From Candidatus Bathyarchaeota archaeon (GTDB lineage: Archaea > Thermoproteota > Bathyarchaeia > 40CM-2-53-6), in NCBI GenBank assembly GCA_963733055.1, contig CAVTBR010000001.1, positions 256,001-320,000 on the forward strand: DNA of 64,000 nucleotides. The letters are read 5' to 3'. The notes under the pieces were generated by a model that ran no database searches, had not been told where the DNA came from, and was given only the letters and a program-made list of their open reading frames with translations. The position numbers and the translations under genes were made by a program. The number at the start of each line of letters is the position of its first letter. The stretch's first letter is position 1. Shown in pieces: positions 49,977-59,407 of the stretch.

Positions 49977-51200
49977 CTATTTTGATGATTTGAGATACTC
50001 AAGCGCGTCGCTTATTGCATCCAATTCTTTCTCACGCAAACCGCCGTATTCGAATATGGCTCTCACGGACGAGATCGAATACTTTTCCAATGCGAACTTC
50101 CACAACACGCTCAACATCAAATCAGCAAGAAGTTTGCTGAAGATTAAGTCATGGTGGCCGATCAACTCCAACTTACCTTCATGAACCATGGAATTACGTT
50201 TGAGCAATGTCACGTCTACTTCGGATTCAAAGGCTGGAGATTTGTTCACGAAATATTTGCGAACTCTGTCTTTGAGGACCTTCTCTGGAGTTATCTGCCT
50301 CAAGGTAGCAATAGTCTCAACTACGATCCAATACTTCAGAAAAGCAAAGGCAGCATCGGTTTCAGTCACAGCAGAGCTGTACACATCGAGAGATTCAAGT
50401 AACAGACTCGCAAGGTTGCTATCCTCGAGTGGATAATACATCTCATCGAGAACTTTCTTGAATCTTGCCACATCAAGCAGCTTTGTTCCTGTCAGGTAGG
50501 GATCTGGAATATCAACAACTGTCCAATCGATCAAGCCTTTCTTTTCGAATGCGAATATACTTCTTGAAGGTCTGAAATTCGTTAGAGGTGTGTTGGACAA
50601 TGGATGGATTGTTCCTCCGACGCATTCATAGTTCACGAGTGCAAAGAATCTACTTACGAGATTAGACAACTCTCGAAACGCAAAGGAGGCATCTCGAGCC
50701 TGAATCTTAGAGCTAACCCAGACCAAATTCGCCAAAGAAGGAACGTAACCTGATGCCAACTGAAAATACTCTTTGATCCGATCCTCTGCGATGGTCGACA
50801 GGTCTGAATGTGTCTCAAAGTCCAGCTTTTGCGCACGGACATCGCAGGTCGGGCCGAATTGCTTCACGAAATCAGCCGGTAGCGGAGTCGGGGAGATTAC
50901 GATCAGCTCTTTCATGGGTAATGAGTGCAGGCTCGCGAGTTCGTTCTCTATCTCTCTGACTAGTGATGGAATCGAGTCAACGCCGTTTCCTTTGAATTTG
51001 CTGATTGCTTTTTCCACGACGGCAAGAGTCTGGTTGCTTCTCAATTGCCAAACTCGCTTGCGAACGTTGTTGCCGTCGGACAATTGTAGACTGGCAGCTA
51101 TGATCTCACAGCAGTGCTGAATTTCATGTATCCGATTTGGTCGGCCCAAGAATTTCAGAGAGTGATTTGCTAGTGCAAGGAACGAATCATCTGACTGCAT
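49977..51200 (-). CDS. ApeA-like HEPN protein
   Basis: AFLKYWIVVETI...KRNSMVHEG. Confidence 0.72.
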   Translation of the reverse strand: MQSDDSFLALANHSLKFLGRPNRIHEIQHCCEIIAASLQLSDGNNVRKRVWQLRSNQTLAVVEKAISKFKGNGVDSIPSLVREIENELASLHSLPMKELIVISPTPLPADFVKQFGPTCDVRAQKLDFETHSDLSTIAEDRIKEYFQLASGYVPSLANLVWVSSKIQARDASFAFRELSNLVSRFFALVNYECVGGTIHPLSNTPLTNFRPSRSIFAFEKKGLIDWTVVDIPDPYLTGTKLLDVARFKKVLDEMYYPLEDSNLASLLLESLDVYSSAVTETDAAFAFLKYWIVVETIATLRQITPEKVLKDRVRKYFVNKSPAFESEVDVTLLKRNSMVHEGKLELIGHHDLIFSKLLADLMLSVLWKFALEKYSISSVRAIFEYGGLREKELDAISDALEYLKSSK

Positions 51201-51379
51201 AATAGGATGACCGTCGTAGCCGTGTTTTCAAGCCTTTGCTGACGTTCGTCTGTTCCTGATCATCGAGAGCCTACCTTTATTTCAGCAGCTAGAACAGAGT
51301 ATTGACAAGGAATCGAGGGTAGATTCTGTTGAGTAATCTAACTTCTGTGATTTTTCAATACGCAAAACAGGTGCGGCGG

Positions 51380-51413
51380 TAACGAAATGCGTATATAAAG
51401 TGCTATTGCGTTA
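51380..51413 (+). promoter_or_regulatory. TATA box (TATATAAA 51392-51399) flanked by inverted repeat TAACGAAAT...ATTGCGTTA
   Basis: 8/9 matching arms bracketing the TATA box, upstream of the HTH array. Confidence 0.6.
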
Positions 51414-51432
51414 TAGAGTAGAGCTGAATTGT

Positions 51433-51789
51433 ATGGCTGACGAAAACGAAGAACTCGGACTGCTGAGGGAAATCAACGAGAATTTGAAAGTGATTAGAAA
51501 GCTCACTGAGATACAGCTTCACGGACCAATCAAGGACGAACTGACAAAGTTCGCCTCGTCAGCAGAGCGGAGAAAGCTTTGGATGCTGTGTGACGGAACT
51601 ACTACCACCATAGAGATGTCGAGAAGAATCGGCGTTAGTCCGAGAGCCGTTCAGTATTTCGTCCAGGATGGACTGAAAGCCGGTTTCCTCAGAGTCGACA
51701 GACGGGGTTATCCAAGTCGAGCAATAGACTGGACTCCGCCAGAGTGGGAACGAGCTCAAGGCGAAACAAGGGAGAGCAGAAATGAGTGA
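51433..51789 (+). CDS. Small helix + winged-HTH protein 1
   Basis: LLREINENLKVIRKL helix; LWMLCDG...EMSRRIGVSPRAVQYF...GFL. Confidence 0.8.
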   Translation: MADENEELGLLREINENLKVIRKLTEIQLHGPIKDELTKFASSAERRKLWMLCDGTTTTIEMSRRIGVSPRAVQYFVQDGLKAGFLRVDRRGYPSRAIDWTPPEWERAQGETRESRNE

Positions 51790-52087
51790 GTCAGAATTCA
51801 AGCACTTGACAAAGCAGAATGACACGATCATTACACTGCTGGGACATTTGGCGTTCAAAGCGCAAGATATCAAGGACATTGTGACTAAGAAGAAGCAGAA
51901 CCCCGACAACTATGTCAAAGGATACAATGCCTGTGACGGACAACATACAGTATCTCAGATTGCTCAGATAGTGGATGTCAAATCTGGCACGCTCACGCCC
52001 ATTCTCCAGGAGTGGGAAGAATTGGGGATTATTCGTGAAATCGAAAAGCCTGGAGGCAGGTTCTACAAGAAGCTGTTTCCTATTTAG
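51782..52087 (+). CDS. Small helix + winged-HTH protein 2
   Basis: QNDTIITLLGHL; GYNACDG...QIAQIVDVKSGTLTPILQEWEELGII. Confidence 0.8.
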   Translation: MSESEFKHLTKQNDTIITLLGHLAFKAQDIKDIVTKKKQNPDNYVKGYNACDGQHTVSQIAQIVDVKSGTLTPILQEWEELGIIREIEKPGGRFYKKLFPI

Positions 52088-52095
52088 GTGAAAAC

Positions 52096-52332
52096 ATGGA
52101 CGAAAAACAGTTCACAGAACTCATGGGCAGGCTCGGTGTCCTAAGTAAACTCCTCGCTTGGAATATTCTCCAAGGCAAGGAAAGTCTAACTCAGCGGGCT
52201 CTGGCACTCTCCTCAGCCGGTTTGGAAAGGAAGGAGATTGCATGGTTACTGGGTCAAGATCCAGATCTGATTAGTCAGACACTATACCAGGCCAAGCAGG
52301 CAAAGGGAAGCAAGAAGGAGAGAGTCAAATGA
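52096..52332 (+). CDS. Small helix + HTH protein 3
   Basis: ELMGRLGVLSKLL; LSSAGLERKEIAWLLGQDPDLISQTL; AGGTGA SD. Confidence 0.8.
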   Translation: MDEKQFTELMGRLGVLSKLLAWNILQGKESLTQRALALSSAGLERKEIAWLLGQDPDLISQTLYQAKQAKGSKKERVK

Positions 52333-52598
52333 GCGATCAAGAACAATTCGCCAGACTGATTGAGCTGATTGAGGCGATCCTGAGAACGAGAATCACGGAG
52401 CTGTTGGACAAGGAGCTAGATGATCCCAAGAAGAAGAAACTATACGAACTTACTGGCAGAAAGAAAATAGTCGAGCTTAGCAAACTCACTGATCTCTCAA
52501 CAGGAACTATCTCGGGCCTCTGGCAGAGATGGTATTCGATGGGCATCCTGAAGAAACAAGGCAAGCTCTACGTCAAGTTCTTCGAGGAGGAGATCTAA
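52329..52598 (+). CDS. Small helix + winged-HTH protein 4
   Basis: RLIELIEAIL; KLYELTG...ELSKLTDLSTGTISGLWQRWYSMGIL; ATGA overlap. Confidence 0.8.
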   Translation: MSDQEQFARLIELIEAILRTRITELLDKELDDPKKKKLYELTGRKKIVELSKLTDLSTGTISGLWQRWYSMGILKKQGKLYVKFFEEEI

Positions 52599-52685
52599 GA
52601 CGACTGAAGAACCGCTGAGAAGAACTACAAGGAATAGAGAGACGTGCGTCTCTTAGTGTCTCCGGCAGAAGAAGAGGTGATATCG

Positions 52686-52850
52686 ATGCCAAAGAAGCCA
52701 AAAACAGTTGAAGAGCACCTCGAAATCATGGAGAATCTGCTCGCTGGTGTTATTCTAAAGCGTGAACCGAACGTGAAAAAGCTAGCCAAGATTATGGGTG
52801 TCTCCAGTGACAAGCTTACTGAATTGTATCCTACTTCCAGGAAGAAGTGA
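52686..52850 (+). CDS. Small helix + HTH protein 5 (54 aa)
   Basis: EHLEIMENLLAGVIL; NVKKLAKIMGVSSDKLTEL; GAGGTGA SD before ATG 52686. Confidence 0.72.
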   Translation: MPKKPKTVEEHLEIMENLLAGVILKREPNVKKLAKIMGVSSDKLTELYPTSRKK

Positions 52851-52875
52851 GAGAAAACCGAAGAGTGATTGACGG

Positions 52876-53577
52876 ATGTTGGATCGTGCTTCACTCATCA
52901 GCAATTTGAGAGCGTTCTGTGCTGGATCGCCCAAGAAAATAGCAATTTTGAAAGCCGTCCGAAAGCGAACATATTACAAGGAAGTTGCGAAAAATGTTCA
53001 CGCTAGAGAGGACTACTGTTCTAGCGTTCTTAATGGCTTACGGGCAAATGAGTTAGTCGAAGGAAAACGCGGTTTCTATCAGCAGACACCGTTGATGAAA
53101 ACCATCAACATAGATTCTGAGTTAAAGAAGCAAAGTGGAAGAGTACGAGTCGCACAAACAAAGCAAACTCCTACAGAGAAAATTAGAGTACTTGACCTAG
53201 AAAAGGCGCTTGATCAGCTAGACGTCGACTCGGTAATCAAGAGTGACTGCTTTCCTCTGCGAAAACCCTACAGAACTCATGTAGGGGAAGCGTATCTAAC
53301 TGTAGAGAATTTCATCAAACAAGAGTTGCGATTGCCCGATTCCCTCGTGGGTACAGATCTCGTTTCCGAGGCTGTCAAGAAGGGACTCTTCGATAGGTCG
53401 GTCAATTCTGAGAAAGAAGGTCTAGCTCTTCTCTTCAGAGGAGCCGTGCTTTGGCTTAGAAACCCAGCTCATCATAGGAAGGGAGACATGCCTAGAGAGG
53501 ATGCCCTTAAGATGATACTGTTTGCAGACTACCTGTTGAAGTTAGTTAGAAGGCAAAAAGAACTGAACAAACTCTAA
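52876..53577 (+). CDS. wHTH fused to TIGR02391/Ymh-like HEPN domain
   Basis: N-terminal wHTH; LVGTDLVSEA...EKEGLALLFRGAVLWLRNPAHH...DALKMILFADYLL. Confidence 0.8.
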   Translation: MLDRASLISNLRAFCAGSPKKIAILKAVRKRTYYKEVAKNVHAREDYCSSVLNGLRANELVEGKRGFYQQTPLMKTINIDSELKKQSGRVRVAQTKQTPTEKIRVLDLEKALDQLDVDSVIKSDCFPLRKPYRTHVGEAYLTVENFIKQELRLPDSLVGTDLVSEAVKKGLFDRSVNSEKEGLALLFRGAVLWLRNPAHHRKGDMPREDALKMILFADYLLKLVRRQKELNKL

Positions 53578-53715
53578 ATGATATTCGCAGTTTGACCATG
53601 CGCTCAACTCATGTCTATTTGGTCGATATAACAATCGTTCGCCGATATTGCAGATTTTTCGTGATCAAAACAGACATCAAGATAAGATTGATCGGAGCAT
53701 TTCTTTCGGAGACAA

Positions 53716-56238
53716 TTGGACGTTCAGGAGTGCCTAGAAGCCATCGTAGAGAGCATACGTAAGAAGAAGATGTCTATCTGGGTTGGAGCTGGAATATCTC
53801 TACCGTCTCTTCCTTTGGGAAATGAATTGAAGTTTTGCATACTTGAGGAAGTATGCGCCCATCCCTCACTTCGGAAATATGGAGATCGATTGCAACGAGG
53901 GCAGGACATAGCGAGAGATGTGGAGAAGCTTCCGCTCGAATGGATAATTCAAATCACATCCACCCTGGATTCGTCGATCCTTGCTTGCGTCGCCAACGTG
54001 TTTAGGGGCGGCTCTTCGAACAAGAATCATTTCCTGATAGCTCAGCTAATTGCGCAAGGTTTTGTCTCGCAGGTCATGACAACAAACTTTGACCTCCTGA
54101 TCGATAGAGTTCTCGAGAACGAGCTAGGATTACGAAGAGGATCCACTTTCAACCTACTGTATCGTGAGTCTGAATTTGAAAATATCAAAGCGATCAAAAA
54201 CCGACCCACCCTCTACAAGATTCATGGCAGTGCAGATGACGAATCTAGCATAAGAGTCACTTTGAACAATGTGGCGAGCAGGGGACTTTCGGACCGCAGA
54301 GCCGAAGCCTTGGAACACTTTCTCAGCTCGGGAGACATTCTTGTTCTTGGCTACAGCGTGCGAGATGACTTTGACATCAATCCGATTCTGTCGAAAATAC
54401 CATCGAAAGGGCGTATTTTCTACGTTAGACACGTAAGGGAAGGATTCAGCATAAGGAAGCTGCCAAAAGCATTCTCTAGGTTTCCAGGAACAACTATTCA
54501 TTTTGACACGGCTAAGCTGATTGACTATCTGTCGAAGTCAATTCTAGACCAAGATCCGAAGCAACTCTCGGTGAAGATGGGATTAGAATCTGGGAACTGG
54601 AGGAAAACGATCGAGGCATGGGCGGAAAGGCTCCAATTGTCTAAGAGATGCCTTATCATGGGATCGATTCTTCTTGAGATACGGCGGAATGATTCATATG
54701 AATTATTCAGAAGGGCGAGCAAAGCATGTGTCGTCGATCATAACCTTCCCGGATTAGCGACCGCCCTCTATAGTATGGGCATGATAGAGCAAGAAAGAGG
54801 CAGGTACAACAAAGCGCTGACATTTTTCGATCAGACGCTGCGGCTTGACCGTAGACTCAACGATCAACATGGGATAGCGGTTACCTTACGTTTGATGGGG
54901 AAAATCCAACTAGACGTCGGCAATTTTGCCAAGGCTGCAAGGCTATTCCTTCGAGGTGCAAATATTCTTTACGAGCTTGGGGATTTGTATGAATTTGCCA
55001 CTGCTGTCCAGGACTTGGCTGTTTTGGAGATGGACAATGAAAATTATCCTCGAGCGACAGCGTTCTTCGGTCAGGCAAAGGAAACCTTCGAGAAGTTAGG
55101 CAACGTGTCAGGAGCAGCGGGAGTGTCGCAAAATTTGGCGATAATTGAGGAGCGAAAAGGAAACCTGAAGGAGGCTTCAAGACTATGTCGAAAAGCCTTA
55201 GAGACCGCATCAAGCCTCTCAGATGAACCTGAAATCGGCGCTGCACTTCATCATCTCGGCACTATTGAGCAGAGTCTAGGAAATTATGCGACGGCCAAAC
55301 GATTCTTCGATCGGGCTTTGAAGATTCGACTAAGCCTGAAAGACTTGGCAGGATTGGCAAGTACAACCAGTGAACTGGCCAAACTCGAAGTCCTGTTAGG
55401 ACATTATGGTAGAGGTCGAATTCTGTACAACAGAGCGAAGAAGTTCTTCTGCAAGCTGGATCACTCATATGGAATCGCCAATTGCCTTCAAGAGCTGGCA
55501 ATAGTAGATGTGTACGAGGGGAAATATCAGAGGGCCGTCCAGTTGACGAATGAGAGCCTTGAGATTAGGAGGCAGGGTCCAAACCAATCAGCTGTCGCAG
55601 CATTGCTGGACCAATTGGGATCAATTGAGTTGCTGCAACGGAAATACGTTGAGGCGAAGACACATTGCAAAAAGGCGCTGCAAATATTTCGCAAACTGGA
55701 CGATCAAGCTGGAATTGCAGGAGCTCTTCATGACCTCGCCAGTGTCTACGAAGAGAGTGGTGACCTCCCTAGAGCCATAGCGATGTATAATCACAGCCTG
55801 AAAATTAAGCGGAGAATCAAAGATCGTCATGGAATGGCCAAAACTTTTCATCAGCTAGGTTTAATCGAGTATCGCAGAAAACACTACGACAGGGCCAGGA
55901 AATATTGTGACGATAGTCTACGAATCAAACGGAAGTTAGGCGACAAACACGGAATCGGTGCGACGCTGCTTCAGCTTGGTGCAGTCGAACATGCGAACAA
56001 CAATCTTGTTCAAGCAGAGCAGTTCTATACTGAGGCTCTGGCGCTTTTCCGCGCCATCGGAAGCCAAACAGCCGAATCTTCCGTTCTAACAAATCTTGGA
56101 ATACTCGAAGTGACTAATCAGAATTACGATGCGGCAGGGGAATTTTTCAAAGAAGCTCTGACAATAGAACGCAAGCCGGGCAATCGCCATAATGCTGAAC
56201 AGCTGCTTATGACACTACAGGGTCTCTCTAGACTCTAA
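53716..56238 (+). CDS. SIR2-like (NADase-type) domain plus long TPR array
   Basis: WVGAGIS, TTNFD, KIHGS, VLGYS..D.DI; then about 12 TPR-like 40-aa repeats. Confidence 0.88.
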   Translation: MDVQECLEAIVESIRKKKMSIWVGAGISLPSLPLGNELKFCILEEVCAHPSLRKYGDRLQRGQDIARDVEKLPLEWIIQITSTLDSSILACVANVFRGGSSNKNHFLIAQLIAQGFVSQVMTTNFDLLIDRVLENELGLRRGSTFNLLYRESEFENIKAIKNRPTLYKIHGSADDESSIRVTLNNVASRGLSDRRAEALEHFLSSGDILVLGYSVRDDFDINPILSKIPSKGRIFYVRHVREGFSIRKLPKAFSRFPGTTIHFDTAKLIDYLSKSILDQDPKQLSVKMGLESGNWRKTIEAWAERLQLSKRCLIMGSILLEIRRNDSYELFRRASKACVVDHNLPGLATALYSMGMIEQERGRYNKALTFFDQTLRLDRRLNDQHGIAVTLRLMGKIQLDVGNFAKAARLFLRGANILYELGDLYEFATAVQDLAVLEMDNENYPRATAFFGQAKETFEKLGNVSGAAGVSQNLAIIEERKGNLKEASRLCRKALETASSLSDEPEIGAALHHLGTIEQSLGNYATAKRFFDRALKIRLSLKDLAGLASTTSELAKLEVLLGHYGRGRILYNRAKKFFCKLDHSYGIANCLQELAIVDVYEGKYQRAVQLTNESLEIRRQGPNQSAVAALLDQLGSIELLQRKYVEAKTHCKKALQIFRKLDDQAGIAGALHDLASVYEESGDLPRAIAMYNHSLKIKRRIKDRHGMAKTFHQLGLIEYRRKHYDRARKYCDDSLRIKRKLGDKHGIGATLLQLGAVEHANNNLVQAEQFYTEALALFRAIGSQTAESSVLTNLGILEVTNQNYDAAGEFFKEALTIERKPGNRHNAEQLLMTLQGLSRL

Positions 56239-56250
56239 AGGGACGAAAAT

Positions 56251-59184
56251 TTGATGGAGTCTGTGTTGTTACTTGCAGGCTTGTTGCTCGCCAGATTACT
56301 TCTCGAGAAGCTTCCAGAAAGCGTTGCATCTGATGCAATTATAGATTCGGGGAAGGCGCTTGCCCATCGAATAGGTAGAAAGAATCTTGAAGAGCTCATT
56401 GTGGAATCGATCAAAGAAGCCGCTGAACAGTCTGCAAGAGAGTACGGCGATATCAGACAAGATATTTTCAAGAGTGCGTTGAAAGCGCTTGAGTGTCCTT
56501 CTGCAAAAGAGATTATCCGGAGAAGAAGCGATGCACTGCTTCGAGCAAAATTCACCTCCGAGGAATTCAAGCAGCTCTCTCAAGAGTTAGCAGCCACGAT
56601 CTATGTCAAGTCAGGTATTTCCAAAGAAGACATTGAACGCGTTCTGAGAGAATCTCTACGTTTGTTTCATGACCACTTACTTGCGAAGATCGCTGAAGAC
56701 CAGAGGCTTACGAATTTTCTTGGGCTTAAGTTAGGAATTCAAAATGCTCTTGCACTAGAGTCCCTCACGAGTGCTTTTAGAGCCTCCAGGAAAGATACTC
56801 AAAGTGCATTTCAACCGTTCACTATTCTACCGTTATCGGATTTGCGGAAACTGGACACGGTTCTCCATTATAACCCACCCCAATCAAGATTGCATGGATA
56901 CGTGCCGAGGGAAGAGATTGACTTCGATCCATCTGGAAGAAGGATCATTATTCTAGGAACTCCAGGATCGGGCAAGACAACCGCTCTGCTGAAAATCCTT
57001 GAAAGAGCAAAAAGCGGAACCATAGCGGTAATACACAGATCCTTTTCCGCCGATGATATCCTCGGACTACTCAACGCTATCTCGATTGGTGAGTCAATTA
57101 TTCTTGTTTGGGACGACCTGCATTGGGTCGGCGAACCGTCTCTCGTTCCGACAACTATTTGTAAGATCCTGGAAGTCACTTCTAACCCTACCTTAATACT
57201 GGCTGCAAGATCAAACGAATTCGAGTCATTACGTCGAAAGGTATCGGAACACTTCTGGTCTATGTTTGAAAAACATCAGCTCGTGGACCTCGACACCGAT
57301 CAGACAAGGAGGCTAGTAGACATTTGCAAACAGGAATTCGATGTGACGATGGATGAGGAACTTGAGAAACAGCTAATCTCCGTAGTCAAAGAAGCCGATC
57401 CTACTCCTCTCTATATTGTGTCGGCTATTCTAGCCTTGAAAGGGAAATCGCTTGAAGCGACCGACATCCACAGAATTCCTGCAAGCGCTAGGGACATTTG
57501 GGCAGGATTATTCTCCTCACTCGATTCCGACAACAAGAATGTCTTGAGGTCTCTGAAATTACTTGACGAAGCACAGCTTCCTCCTTTGCATTGGCTTGCC
57601 TCAGCAATATACGAATGCGTCTTTCGTGGAGACGAAACGAAATTCCAATCAGCCTTGGACCAACTTAGTAGCATGGGATGGGTTCGATCTCTTGGCTCAC
57701 GTATTCAGTGTCATGACCTCCAACTCGAAGCGGTTCAGATCGACGATCTTTCCTACGACAATTTGCGTTTTCTCTCATCTAGTCTCAACCTAACCCCTGA
57801 AGGCAAATTCACTGTTCTTCATCACTTTGGCATAGTGCTTGACCGAAGAGGTAGGTATAACGACGCAAGAGCGCTGCTCGAAGAAAGCCTTGCAATTGAA
57901 CGTGATGTTGGGAACAATTTGTCAGAGGCTTTAACGTTGCACCAATTGGGAAAGATCGAACAGGCGATAGGCAACTACGACGTCGCCCAGAAACTCTATG
58001 AACAAAGTCTCGAGATCAAACGGAAACTAAGAAATGAAGCTAGCATACCTTCAACGTTGCATCAGCTTGGCGTTTTAGCCTATCTTAAGGGCGACTATGA
58101 TGCTGCCAAGCGATTGTACGGGGAGGCAGAGAGTGCCTTTCGCAAGTTTGATGATCAATCCGGATTAGCTGGGGTACTGCATCAACTTGCACTCATAGAA
58201 AAGGAGAGGGGAAACCTTGATGAATCAGCAAAACTCGCCGAACAAAGTTTGAGGATTAGTCAAACACTAGGAGATCAAGAAGCAGTGCCTCAAGATGTGG
58301 TGCTTCTTGCTCAACTAGAAGATTCCAGAGGTAATCGTGATACAGCGAAGCGACTGTACGCAGAAGCTGAAAACGCTTTTCGAGAACTAGGCGATCAAGT
58401 GGGGCTAGCAATCGTGTTACACCAACTCAGTATGATGCTTCAAGACGAAGGCAACTTGGATGAATCTCTTAGATTGTGTAATGAGAGCTTGAGAATTGAG
58501 CAAAAGATCGGGCATCCATTAGGAATAGCTGGAAGCTTGAATCAGTTAGGTAGAATTCAATTTCAAAAAGGCAACTATGATGAGGCCCAGAGATTCTATG
58601 AGGCCAGCTTGGAAATTACTGGTAAACTTGGAAATCAATCGGAAAGCGCTCAGACACTGCATTCCCTGGGCGTAATCGAATACATGAGGGGCAACTACGA
58701 TAAAGCCACGAAACTGTACAATCAGGCCCTTGAAGTCTACGGTTTACTTGGGATGAAAGCAGAGATTGCCTCAGTTCTGTATCAGTTTGGCAACATGGCA
58801 GTGTCAAAGGAAAATTACGATGACGCAAAGACGCTTTATGAACAATGCCTAGAAATCGATCGGGAGGTTGAGAACCCATTAGGCATAGCGAGAACTTTAG
58901 TGGCACTGGGTAGAGTGGATGCTCTGAAGGATAACTTTGAGAATGCAAGGAAACTTTTCAATGAAAGCCTGGCGATTGCTCGCAAGCTTGGAAACATATC
59001 AGAGGAAGCGACGGCGAATGCTCAACTCGGTAGCCTTGCGGAGGCGGAGGGTGATGTGAAAAGTGCTGTCAAGCTGTGGTCACAAGCATTACAAATTTTC
59101 GAGCAGATAGGCGAGAGAGAAAAAGCGGACAATCTAAGGCCCGAGCTCAAGCGTCTAATGGACAGGTTACGACTTGGACAGTAA
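56251..59184 (+). CDS. P-loop NTPase (STAND-like) plus TPR array
   Basis: YVPRE, Walker A GTPGSGKT, Walker B LVWDD, ILAAR sensor, TPLYI (GxP-like), HDL (MHD-like), then TPR repeats. Confidence 0.85.
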   Translation: MMESVLLLAGLLLARLLLEKLPESVASDAIIDSGKALAHRIGRKNLEELIVESIKEAAEQSAREYGDIRQDIFKSALKALECPSAKEIIRRRSDALLRAKFTSEEFKQLSQELAATIYVKSGISKEDIERVLRESLRLFHDHLLAKIAEDQRLTNFLGLKLGIQNALALESLTSAFRASRKDTQSAFQPFTILPLSDLRKLDTVLHYNPPQSRLHGYVPREEIDFDPSGRRIIILGTPGSGKTTALLKILERAKSGTIAVIHRSFSADDILGLLNAISIGESIILVWDDLHWVGEPSLVPTTICKILEVTSNPTLILAARSNEFESLRRKVSEHFWSMFEKHQLVDLDTDQTRRLVDICKQEFDVTMDEELEKQLISVVKEADPTPLYIVSAILALKGKSLEATDIHRIPASARDIWAGLFSSLDSDNKNVLRSLKLLDEAQLPPLHWLASAIYECVFRGDETKFQSALDQLSSMGWVRSLGSRIQCHDLQLEAVQIDDLSYDNLRFLSSSLNLTPEGKFTVLHHFGIVLDRRGRYNDARALLEESLAIERDVGNNLSEALTLHQLGKIEQAIGNYDVAQKLYEQSLEIKRKLRNEASIPSTLHQLGVLAYLKGDYDAAKRLYGEAESAFRKFDDQSGLAGVLHQLALIEKERGNLDESAKLAEQSLRISQTLGDQEAVPQDVVLLAQLEDSRGNRDTAKRLYAEAENAFRELGDQVGLAIVLHQLSMMLQDEGNLDESLRLCNESLRIEQKIGHPLGIAGSLNQLGRIQFQKGNYDEAQRFYEASLEITGKLGNQSESAQTLHSLGVIEYMRGNYDKATKLYNQALEVYGLLGMKAEIASVLYQFGNMAVSKENYDDAKTLYEQCLEIDREVENPLGIARTLVALGRVDALKDNFENARKLFNESLAIARKLGNISEEATANAQLGSLAEAEGDVKSAVKLWSQALQIFEQIGEREKADNLRPELKRLMDRLRLGQ

Positions 59185-59407
59185 ACGTTCCAAATGATGC
59201 TCCGTCAGTCCACGTGATTTGGGTACTAAATATTAGCTGACCTTGGTAATAGAGTGATATCCAGCCTGCCATGCTTGTTGCGAGCCTCTGTGATATTCAT
59301 CGGCTCTTGTGATTTTGAACTTCACCCACCACCTTCTTCTCACATCTCAGGAATGCGTTTCGGCTCAAACGGTAGGCAAGTTTTCAATTAATCAATCTGC
59401 GGAATCG

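Larger units (their letters stand above)
38650..59407. mobile_element. Integrated island (defective provirus-derived/defence island) at the 3' end of tRNA-Arg
   Basis: Terminase gene, dense nuclease/HEPN/SIR2/TPR cargo, no housekeeping genes, visibly more AT-rich right part, abuts tRNA 3' end. No integrase or att repeat found, so the left boundary is approximate. Confidence 0.7.

Noticed and set aside
54700-59100. Periodic ~120-bp sequence similarity as a CRISPR or DNA repeat array
   Set aside because: It is degenerate TPR coding periodicity within ORFs; no CRISPR array was seen anywhere in the window
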